Origin: Planctomycetota bacterium
Lineage (GTDB): Bacteria > Planctomycetota > UBA1135 > UBA2386
Direction of reading: 5' to 3'
Assembly: GCA_965228735.1 (NCBI GenBank)
Contig: OZ245838.1
Location: forward strand, 448,001 to 512,000
DNA length: 64,000 nt
Part shown: in pieces, positions 55,958 through 64,000 of the stretch
Position numbering within the stretch: position 1 is the first letter of the stretch
Layout: each line of letters starts with the position of its first letter
Notes under the pieces: model-generated
Database searches by the model: none
What the model was told of the DNA's origin: nothing
Seen by the model: the letters and a program-made list of their open reading frames with translations, nothing else
Program-made: the position numbers and the translations under genes

Positions 55958-58299
55958 TCATGAAACCTGCCCCTGATTCGCCCACTACCGATCCGACTCC
56001 GGGTGCGCCGGAGCCCTCGCGGCGCCCGCCGAAAGCCTGGCGGACGTTCTTGCTGATCATGTTGCTGCTCGTGGTGGGCGGCACCATGTTGGCCGTCGGC
56101 CGTTCGTTCGGTGATCGCATCTACGCGACGCTCGGTCAGATCTGGCAGGACATCGCCGGCGCGCCGCCGGACGACGAAGGTGACGACTCCGGCAATACGT
56201 TCTTCACCTGCGGGATGCACCCGTGGGTCATCCTGCCAGCACCTGGGCTGTGTCCGATCTGCCACATGGACCTGACGCCGCTCGATGCGTCGAAGTTCAC
56301 CGGTGAGATCGCGATCGACCCCGTGCTCGCGCAGAACATCGGCGTGCGCACCGCGGTCGTCGATACGGGGCCGCTCGTCGCCACGGTTCGAACCGTGGGC
56401 AAGGTCGACTACGACGAGACCGGCCTGCACGACGTCAACCTGCGCGTAGCGGGCTGGATCGAAGAGCTGCACGTCGACTACCTCGGCACCGCCGTGACGA
56501 ACGAGCAGCCGCTGTTCGAGCTGTATTCGCCGGATCTGTACTCGGCGCAGCAGGACTACCTCCTCAGATACGAGCAGAAGGACTTGCCAGGGGTCTCGTT
56601 CGTGCCGCGGGTCGCCGAGGACGCTGCGAGCGCACTGCAGGCGGCGCGGACGCGGCTCACCTTCTACGGCATCGATGACAAACAGATCGCGGAGCTCGAG
56701 CGCGCAGGCGTACCGAGTAGGACCATGACGATCCGGAGTCCACAGCAGGGCACGGTGATCGAGAAGATGGCCGTGGACGGCATGCGGGTCGAGCCGGGGA
56801 TGCGGATGTATCGCATCGCCGATCTCGACAGGGTGTGGGTGACGGTGACGGTCTACGAGTACCAGCTGCCGTTCGTCGAGCTCGGACAGGAGGCGAGGAT
56901 GGTGCTGCCGTACGTCCCGGGGCAGGAGTTCACCGGTGAGGTCACCTACATCTACCCGTGGACCGACGAGAAGACCCGTCAGGTCAACGTGCGGCTGGAG
57001 TTCGACAACAACGACGGGCGACTCAAGCCAGGCATGTTCGCGAACATCGAGCTGCGGCGCACACTGGCCGCAGAGCGCACGCTCGTCAGTCGCTCGGCGG
57101 TCATCGACACCGGCGAGCGGCAGGTCGTACTCATGAGCCTCGGCGGTGGCCGCTTCGAGCCGCGCGAGCTGAAGCTCGGGATCGAGACCGAGGGCGGCTT
57201 GGTCGAGGTGCTGGAAGGTCTCGAGCCGGGCGAGCGGGTCGTCACCAGCGGGCAGTTCCTGCTCGACAGCGAGGCGAAGATCCGTGAGGGCCTGCTGCGC
57301 ATGTTGCGGGGGGACCTCGTCGGCAACGAATCGGCCGGCGACGGACCGGAGCTCGAGTCGCAGCCGCAGGCCCTTGCGGTCGCGTTGACCCGCGCGCTCG
57401 AGAGCTACGTCGTGATCGGCGACGAGCTGGCCAGCGACTCGGCTGCGGACATCGCCAAGTCGGCCGCGGACCTCGCGGCTGCGGTGGAGGAGGTCACCGG
57501 GGTATCGATCCCCGGCGATGAGCACTTCTGGCACAAGCACACCGAGGTCGCCGCGATTCGCGACAAGGCCACCGAGCTGCGAACGATGACGGATCTCGCT
57601 GCGGCGAGACTCGTGTTCTTCGATCTCAGCTCGGCCTTCGTCAAGTTGCTGCGTGCCACGGGGGTGCCACCGACCTACGAGCACGAGGTGCAGGAGCTGC
57701 ATTGCCCGATGTACCAGGAGGAGCGCGGGGGCGCGACCTGGGTTCAGCACGGTGGAAGCGTGCGCAATCCCTACTACGGCAGCGAGATGCTGGTCTGCTA
57801 CGACTCGCGGGAGACGTTGCCCGTGGCTGCGGAAGCCGGCGACACCGGCCCTGCGGCTGCAGCTGCTGCGGTGGACGAAGCGGCGATCGATGCGATCGTG
57901 ACGGTTTACCTCCGGGCTTCGGCAACGCTGGTAGAGGACCGCACCGATGGGCTCGATGCCGCATGGCACGAGTTGCACGAGCTGACCGCGCGCCTGTTCG
58001 ATGCTCCGGGTGCTGTCGCCGACCTCGCGCGCAAGGTGCGTGACGCCGTGCCGGGCACGGGGCTGAGTATCGAAGCGGCTCGCAAGGAGTTCGAAGGTCT
58101 CTCGGCTGCAGTGATCGAGCTCGTGCGCGTCGCGCCTGCGGGGCGTCCGCTCGAGCGTGCGTTCTGTCCGATGGTCGACGCGTCCTGGCTGCAGGCCGAG
58201 AAGTCGGTGAAGAACCCCTACATGGGGCAGGACATGCTCGAGTGCGGCAGCGTCAAGGAGACGCTGCCGGGCCGTCAAAACGGAGGGCAGGGCCGATGA
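55954..58299 (+). CDS. CusB-like RND periplasmic adaptor with N-terminal heavy-metal-binding domain and two C-terminal DUF3347-like domains
   Basis: FTCGMHP...CPICHMDL, YSPDL, LKPGMF and FLLDSE; two CPM...W...NPY.G..ML.C units. Confidence 0.92.
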   Translation: MIMKPAPDSPTTDPTPGAPEPSRRPPKAWRTFLLIMLLLVVGGTMLAVGRSFGDRIYATLGQIWQDIAGAPPDDEGDDSGNTFFTCGMHPWVILPAPGLCPICHMDLTPLDASKFTGEIAIDPVLAQNIGVRTAVVDTGPLVATVRTVGKVDYDETGLHDVNLRVAGWIEELHVDYLGTAVTNEQPLFELYSPDLYSAQQDYLLRYEQKDLPGVSFVPRVAEDAASALQAARTRLTFYGIDDKQIAELERAGVPSRTMTIRSPQQGTVIEKMAVDGMRVEPGMRMYRIADLDRVWVTVTVYEYQLPFVELGQEARMVLPYVPGQEFTGEVTYIYPWTDEKTRQVNVRLEFDNNDGRLKPGMFANIELRRTLAAERTLVSRSAVIDTGERQVVLMSLGGGRFEPRELKLGIETEGGLVEVLEGLEPGERVVTSGQFLLDSEAKIREGLLRMLRGDLVGNESAGDGPELESQPQALAVALTRALESYVVIGDELASDSAADIAKSAADLAAAVEEVTGVSIPGDEHFWHKHTEVAAIRDKATELRTMTDLAAARLVFFDLSSAFVKLLRATGVPPTYEHEVQELHCPMYQEERGGATWVQHGGSVRNPYYGSEMLVCYDSRETLPVAAEAGDTGPAAAAAAVDEAAIDAIVTVYLRASATLVEDRTDGLDAAWHELHELTARLFDAPGAVADLARKVRDAVPGTGLSIEAARKEFEGLSAAVIELVRVAPAGRPLERAFCPMVDASWLQAEKSVKNPYMGQDMLECGSVKETLPGRQNGGQGR

Positions 58300-61200
58300 T
58301 TGGCAAGGTCATCGATCTGTGCATTCGCAACCGGGTGATGGTCCTGCTGCTCACGGCGTTCGTCGTGTTCGGCGGCATCTACGCGATCCAGAACATCAAG
58401 GTCGACGCGATTCCCGACCTGTCGGACGTGCAGGTCGTGATCCGCACCGAGTACCCGGGCCAGGCTCCGCAGATCGTCGAAGACCAGGTCACGTATCCGC
58501 TGACGACGACGATGCTCGCGGTTCCGTACGCGAAGGTCGTGCGCGGCTACTCGATGTTCGGGTCGAGCTTCGTCTACGTGATCTTCGAGGACGGCACGGA
58601 TCTGTACTGGGCGCGCAGCCGCGTGCTCGAGCAGCTGAGTTTCGTGGCCGGCAAGCTGCCTTCAGGTGTGAGCCCGCAGCTCGGTCCGGATGCGACGGGT
58701 GTCGGCTGGGTCTATCAGTACTCCCTCGTGACGGGACCCTACAGTCCCGACCACCCGGGCGGGGCATACCACGATGAAGAGAACGACCGTTGGTATGCCG
58801 CTACTGACCTGCCGGAGCTGGCGGCCGACGTTCGGGACCGGCTCGTGCACCATCGCATCTTCGCGCGGCCCAAGACGGTCTACTACGACCGCACCGAGAA
58901 TCGCCGCTATGACGACATCGAGCGGGCGCCGGCCCGGGCGAAGAAGCGACTCGAACCGATCGAACTGGTGCGCGGCTTCACCGAGTGTCCGCTGAGCGGC
59001 GAGCCGCTGCGCGAGCCGGACGTCGATCTCGCCCAGCTCAGGTCCCTGCAGGATTGGTATCTGCGCTACGAACTCACCGCTCTCGAGGGGGTCAGCGAGA
59101 TCGCGGTGATGGGCGGGTTCGTCAAGCAGTACCAGGTTGTCGTCGACCCCGTGAAGCTGCTTGCGCTCGAGATGCCACTGTCGCGCGTCAAGCAGGCCGT
59201 GCGGCGCTCGAACGTCGACGTCGGCGGTCGGCTCATCGAGATGGCCGAGACCGAGTTCATGGTGCGCGGCATCGGCTATCTCGGATCGGTAAGCGACGCC
59301 GAGATCGAGACCGCGCGCGCGGCGGGCCGTTCGGTGGAGAAGCTGCGGACCGAGCGCGCGCTCGAGGAGCTGCGGAAGATCGCGCTCGGCGCGAATGCCC
59401 AAGGTGCCCCGATCTACCTGCGCGATGTCGCGGAAGTTCGGCTGGGGCCCGACATCCGGCGTGGGGTCGCCGACTGGAATGGCGAGGGCGAGACTGTCGG
59501 CGGGGTCGTCGTCATGCGATTCGGCGAGAACGCAAGCAAGACGATCGAGCGAGTGCGCGAGCGGCTGCAGGAGCTCGAGTCCGGCTTGCCGCCCGGTGTG
59601 GCGATTCGAACGGCCTACGACCGCAGCGACCTGATCGAACGGTCCGTGCACACTCTGACCGGCACGCTCATCGAGGAGATCCTCGTCGTCTCGTTGATCT
59701 GTATCTTGTTTCTGCTGCACGCGCGGAGCGCTCTGGTTGCCATGTTCGTGCTGCCGACGGGCGTGCTCGCGAGCCTGGCGGTGATGTATCTGCTCGACCT
59801 CAACGCCAATATCATGAGCTTGGGCGGTATCGCGATCGCGATCGGCGTCATGGTCGACAGCTCGATCATCATGGTCGAGAACGCCCACAAGCACTTCGAG
59901 CGCGACAAGCATCGCGTAGCCGCCGGCGGCACGCCGACTCCGCGCGCTGAGTTGATCGGCGAGGCGGCACGAGAAGTCGGCCCGAGCCTGTTCTTCAGCC
60001 TGCTGATCATCACCGTCAGCTTCCTGCCGGTGTTTGCACTGGGTGAGCAATCCGGGCGCTTGTTCAAGCCGCTCGCTTACACCAAGACGTTCGCGATGGC
60101 GGCCGCCGCCATCCTCGCGGTGACGATCATCCCGGTGCTAATGGTCTACTTCATCAGCGAGCGGGTCCTGCCCAAGGCCATGCCGCGCTGGCAGCGATGG
60201 GCGATCTACCTCGCATTCATGGGGCTGCCGGCCGCAGTCTTGGCCGTCGCCCCACTGGCGACGCTCGAGGCCTGGCGGCTCTGGCTCGTGATCGGATGGT
60301 TGGTCGTCGGGGGCCTCATCGTGCTGCCGCAGCGGATCCTGTCCGAAGAGCACAACCCCATCAGTCGGCTGCTCCAACGGATCTACGATCCGGCGTTCAC
60401 GTTCGTGATGCAGTTCCGCTGGAGCGTCCTGACGCTCGCCGTTGCGGTCGTGGCGTTGACGGCGTGGCCGCTCAGCAAGCTCGGCTCGGAGTTCATGCCG
60501 CCGCTCGAGGAGGGTGACCTGCTCTACATGCCGACCACCGACCCGGGGATCAGCGTCAACAAGGCGCGCGAACTGCTGCAACAGACCGACGCGCTGATCA
60601 TGGCGTTGCCGGAGGTGCAGAGCGTGCTGGGCAAGATCGGGCGCGCGGAGACGGCCACCGACCCGGCGCCGCCGAGCATGCTCGAGACGACGATCACGTT
60701 GCATCGCGACAAGAGCCTGTGGCGCACGAAGCCCGTGCTTCGCTTCTTCTCGGACTGGCCCGAGTGGGTCCGCGACCCGCTCCACGAGATCTGGCCACCC
60801 ACGGAGCCGATCACGGTCGACGAACTGGTCTACGGCTACGACTGGCCCGATGGCACGCACGTGCCGGGCCTCAACGAAGTCGTGCAGGTGCCCGGCTTGA
60901 CGAATGCCTGGACGATGCCGATCAAGACCCGCATCGACATGCTGTCGACCGGCATCAAGACGCCGGTCGGCATCAAGGTCATGGGGCCGGATCTCTCGAC
61001 ACTGGCGGACGTCTCGGAGCGGATCGCCGCCGCCGTGACGACCGCGAAGACGACCGGACCGTTCACGACGAGCGCGTTCCCCGAGAAGTCGGTAGGCGGT
61101 AGCTATCTCGATGTCCGCATCAATCGCGACGAGATCGCTCGCCACGGGCTGCTGATCGCCGACGTGCAGGACGTGATCATGAGCGCGATGGGGGGCATGA

Positions 61201-62120
61201 ACGTGACCTCGACGGTCGAGGGGCTCGAGCGCTACCCGGTCAATGTGCGTTACCCCCATGAGCTGCGCGACAACCTGCCCGCACTGCGGCAATCGCTGGT
61301 TGCGACTCCTGCCGGCGCGCAGGTGCCGCTCGGGCAGCTGGCGGAGTTCGAGGTCCACAAGGGCCCACCGATGGTCAAGAGCGAGAACGCTCGCCTGACC
61401 AGCTGGGTCTACGTCGATATCGCGGGTATCGACGTCGGGACCTACGTGCGCAACGCGCAGGCGGTGGTAGCCAAACAAGTCGAGCTGCCGCAGGGCTACT
61501 CGGTCGTGTGGTCGGGGCAGTTCGAGTACATGCAGGAAGCGAACAAGCGCTTGAGCATCGTGATTCCGATCGCGGCGGTGCTGATCGTGCTCTTGCTCTA
61601 CATGGCGACGCGATCCTGGCTGCGTGTCGGCATCGTGCTGCTGGCCGTTCCGTTCAGCCTGGTCGGAGCGATCTGGCTGCTCTGGTTCCTCGACTACAAC
61701 ATGTCGCTGGCGGTGTGGGTCGGGATCATCGCGCTCGCTGGACTCGACGCCGAGACCGGGCTCGTGATGCTGCTCTATCTCGACAATAGCTTCGAGCGGT
61801 TCAAGGCATCCGGTCGGATGCGGAACGCCGACGATCTGTGGTTCGCGATCCACGACGGTGCCGTGAAGCGCATCCGACCGAAGACCATGACCGTGATGAC
61901 GACGTTCATCGGCCTGGCCCCGTTGCTCTTCGCATCGGGCGCCGGTGCCGACACGATGCGGCGCCTTGCCGCTCCGATGATCGGCGGGCTGGCGACGAGT
62001 TTCATCATGGAGCTCCTGATCTATCCGGTGCTGTTCTTCCAGGCCAAGCGCCTGGCGATGCGCGGGACCTGGCGTGCCGCGGCGGGCGCCGCGCCAATGC
62101 CGACGAGGTCTTCTTCGTGA
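58296..62120 (+). CDS. cusA: CusA/CzcA family heavy-metal RND permease with several insertions
   Basis: DAIPDLSDVQV, EDQVTYP, LGPDATGVGW, NIMSLGGIAIAIG, GSEFMPPLEEG and RIRPKTMT. Confidence 0.92.
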   Translation: MIGKVIDLCIRNRVMVLLLTAFVVFGGIYAIQNIKVDAIPDLSDVQVVIRTEYPGQAPQIVEDQVTYPLTTTMLAVPYAKVVRGYSMFGSSFVYVIFEDGTDLYWARSRVLEQLSFVAGKLPSGVSPQLGPDATGVGWVYQYSLVTGPYSPDHPGGAYHDEENDRWYAATDLPELAADVRDRLVHHRIFARPKTVYYDRTENRRYDDIERAPARAKKRLEPIELVRGFTECPLSGEPLREPDVDLAQLRSLQDWYLRYELTALEGVSEIAVMGGFVKQYQVVVDPVKLLALEMPLSRVKQAVRRSNVDVGGRLIEMAETEFMVRGIGYLGSVSDAEIETARAAGRSVEKLRTERALEELRKIALGANAQGAPIYLRDVAEVRLGPDIRRGVADWNGEGETVGGVVVMRFGENASKTIERVRERLQELESGLPPGVAIRTAYDRSDLIERSVHTLTGTLIEEILVVSLICILFLLHARSALVAMFVLPTGVLASLAVMYLLDLNANIMSLGGIAIAIGVMVDSSIIMVENAHKHFERDKHRVAAGGTPTPRAELIGEAAREVGPSLFFSLLIITVSFLPVFALGEQSGRLFKPLAYTKTFAMAAAAILAVTIIPVLMVYFISERVLPKAMPRWQRWAIYLAFMGLPAAVLAVAPLATLEAWRLWLVIGWLVVGGLIVLPQRILSEEHNPISRLLQRIYDPAFTFVMQFRWSVLTLAVAVVALTAWPLSKLGSEFMPPLEEGDLLYMPTTDPGISVNKARELLQQTDALIMALPEVQSVLGKIGRAETATDPAPPSMLETTITLHRDKSLWRTKPVLRFFSDWPEWVRDPLHEIWPPTEPITVDELVYGYDWPDGTHVPGLNEVVQVPGLTNAWTMPIKTRIDMLSTGIKTPVGIKVMGPDLSTLADVSERIAAAVTTAKTTGPFTTSAFPEKSVGGSYLDVRINRDEIARHGLLIADVQDVIMSAMGGMNVTSTVEGLERYPVNVRYPHELRDNLPALRQSLVATPAGAQVPLGQLAEFEVHKGPPMVKSENARLTSWVYVDIAGIDVGTYVRNAQAVVAKQVELPQGYSVVWSGQFEYMQEANKRLSIVIPIAAVLIVLLLYMATRSWLRVGIVLLAVPFSLVGAIWLLWFLDYNMSLAVWVGIIALAGLDAETGLVMLLYLDNSFERFKASGRMRNADDLWFAIHDGAVKRIRPKTMTVMTTFIGLAPLLFASGAGADTMRRLAAPMIGGLATSFIMELLIYPVLFFQAKRLAMRGTWRAAAGAAPMPTRSSS

Positions 62121-62275
62121 TCAAAGCCGCACTGGCACCAACCTCTATGGTCCGCCGGGACGAAACGACAGATCTACCAAGGGCGTGTGTCCGGCCGCAG
62201 ACTCGTGGATTCCACCGGCTAGTAAAGCGCCCACGTCCCATATGTTGCTGCCCGCTCACACTCCCGACACTGCCC

Positions 62276-64000
62276 ATGAGTTCACGACTTCCTCGACGTT
62301 CATCCCAGAAGCCTCCGCGCCCGAGCCGACGTCAGTTCCTCGCAGCGTCCGCGTCTGCGGGTGCCTCAGTTGCGCTTGGTAGTTGTCGCCTTGAGCCTGC
62401 CTTCCGGCGCCCGGCGAGCGCTGCATGGAGCCCCGCAGATCTGATCGTAGAGCGTCGAACCGTCTCGATCGACGGTCAGGCTACGGAGGCAGTCACTCTA
62501 AACGGCTCGCTTCCTGGTCCGACGCTCCGGTTCAAAGAGGGGGATGAGGCGGTTCTGCGCGTGCAGAATCGGCTGGACGTCGACACATCGGTGCACTGGC
62601 ACGGGCTGATTCTGCCGCCGAACATGGACGGCGTGCCGGGCGTCAGCTTCCGCGGAATCGCCCCTGGCGAGACCTTCACCTACCGATTCCCGATTCGCCA
62701 GAGTGGGACCTACTGGTACCACAGCCACTCGGGGTTTCAGGAGCAGCTCGGGATGTTTGGTGCGTTCGTCATCGAACCAGCGGAGGCGGACCCCATCGAG
62801 TCCGATGTCGAGCATGTCATTCTCCTGTCCGACTGGACGTTCGAGGATCCGATGCGCATCCTCGCACGGCTGAAGAAGAGCGCGGGCTACTACAACTTCC
62901 AGAAGCCGACGATCGCCGCGGATGGCCTCGGCGCCATCGTGAGGAATCGTCTGTCGTGGGGAGCCATGCGGATGGATCCGACCGACATCGCCGACATCAC
63001 CGGGGCAACGTACACGTACCTGATGAACGGCATGGGGCCGGCGTCGAACTGGACGGGTCTCTTCGAGCCCGGGCAGACCGTTCGACTGCGGCTCGTCAAC
63101 GCTGCGGCAGCTAGCTACTTCGACGTGCGAATTCCGGGCTTGGCCATGACTGTCGTCCAGGCGGATGGGCAGAACGTCGAACCGGTGACGGTCGATGAGT
63201 TGCGGATCTCGATTGCGGAGACCTACGACGTTTTGGTGACCCCTCGAGAAGACCGCGCCTACACGGTGTTCGCCGAGGCCATGGACCGCAGCGGGTTCGC
63301 GCGGGGAACCCTGGCCCCACGTGTGGGAATGTCGGCCGCGGTGCCACCTCGCCGGAAGCGTCCGTTGTTGACGATGCGAGACATGGGCATGTCCATGGCG
63401 AGCATGCCGGCGGCCGAGATGCCGGGCATGGAGATGGCGAATGGCCACGACATGAACGCGATGCCTGGGCACGACAAGGGAAGCGAGAAGGGTGCCACGA
63501 CCGAGATGGGGGGCATGCGAAAGAACGGCGGCGGCGAGCCAGGAATGCAAGCGGGCGAGTCCGGACCCGCTTGGGCGCGCTCCGTTCCTCACGGTCCGGA
63601 TACCCATGGGCCCGGCAACACGATGATCCCCGAGTTCACGAAGGGTCGGCTCGATGAGCCGGGAATCGGCCTGGGCGAGGCTGAGCACCGGGTGTTGGTC
63701 TACACCGACCTGAGGCGCCTCGTTCCAGGGAACGACCAGCGCGAGCCGGACCGTGAGATCGAGATGCATCTCACGGGCAACATGGAGCGCTACATCTGGG
63801 GATTCGATGGCAAGAAGTACTCAGAGGCGCCGGAGTCGATTGCGTTCCGATACGGGGAACGTCTCCGACTCACCTTCGTCAATGACACGATGATGAATCA
63901 TCCCATCCACCTCCACGGCATGTGGATGGAACTGGTCAACGGCGCCGGGGAGCACAAGCCTCGCAAGCACACTGTCAACGTGAAACCCGCGGAGCGGCTG
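62276..64000 (+). CDS. copA: Tat-exported CopA/PcoA-type multicopper oxidase (partial, runs off the window)
   Basis: SRRQFL Tat motif, HWHG, YWYHSH, Met-rich linker, TGNMERY and HPIHLHG. No stop codon in the window, so it is absent from the ORF track. Confidence 0.92.
   Translation, partial: MSSRLPRRSSQKPPRPSRRQFLAASASAGASVALGSCRLEPAFRRPASAAWSPADLIVERRTVSIDGQATEAVTLNGSLPGPTLRFKEGDEAVLRVQNRLDVDTSVHWHGLILPPNMDGVPGVSFRGIAPGETFTYRFPIRQSGTYWYHSHSGFQEQLGMFGAFVIEPAEADPIESDVEHVILLSDWTFEDPMRILARLKKSAGYYNFQKPTIAADGLGAIVRNRLSWGAMRMDPTDIADITGATYTYLMNGMGPASNWTGLFEPGQTVRLRLVNAAAASYFDVRIPGLAMTVVQADGQNVEPVTVDELRISIAETYDVLVTPREDRAYTVFAEAMDRSGFARGTLAPRVGMSAAVPPRRKRPLLTMRDMGMSMASMPAAEMPGMEMANGHDMNAMPGHDKGSEKGATTEMGGMRKNGGGEPGMQAGESGPAWARSVPHGPDTHGPGNTMIPEFTKGRLDEPGIGLGEAEHRVLVYTDLRRLVPGNDQREPDREIEMHLTGNMERYIWGFDGKKYSEAPESIAFRYGERLRLTFVNDTMMNHPIHLHGMWMELVNGAGEHKPRKHTVNVKPAERL

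Overview
Very GC-rich bacterial DNA. Gene content (sulfatase, PQQ-like propellers, Tat-exported Gfo/Idh/MocA oxidoreductase, ECF sigma plus Ser/Thr kinase-TPR pair) suggests Planctomycetota; this is an inference. The first ~22 kb is mostly intact accessory genes for secreted proteins, many of which share a C-terminal domain. About 22-41 kb is a mosaic of intact genes, gene debris, an IS256 and two tRNA-Gly 3'-end fragments that look like att sites. From 41.2 kb to the right edge lies a probable tRNA-Gly-integrated copper/heavy-metal island: a multicopper oxidase-barrel fusion broken by nested IS256 elements, a YHS protein, a CusCBA-like RND system and a CopA-type oxidase. Top finding: two predicted lipoproteins in this island carry heavy-metal-associated (HMA) domains with in-frame TGA codons exactly where the CxxC cysteines belong (UGGC at 46013-46312 and a double ULPU at 53120-53602), each followed by candidate SECIS hairpins. 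The ORF track splits both genes. Three local regulons can also be read from paired DNA motifs (ECF, AraC, MarR). All family assignments come from motif recognition by eye, not database searches.
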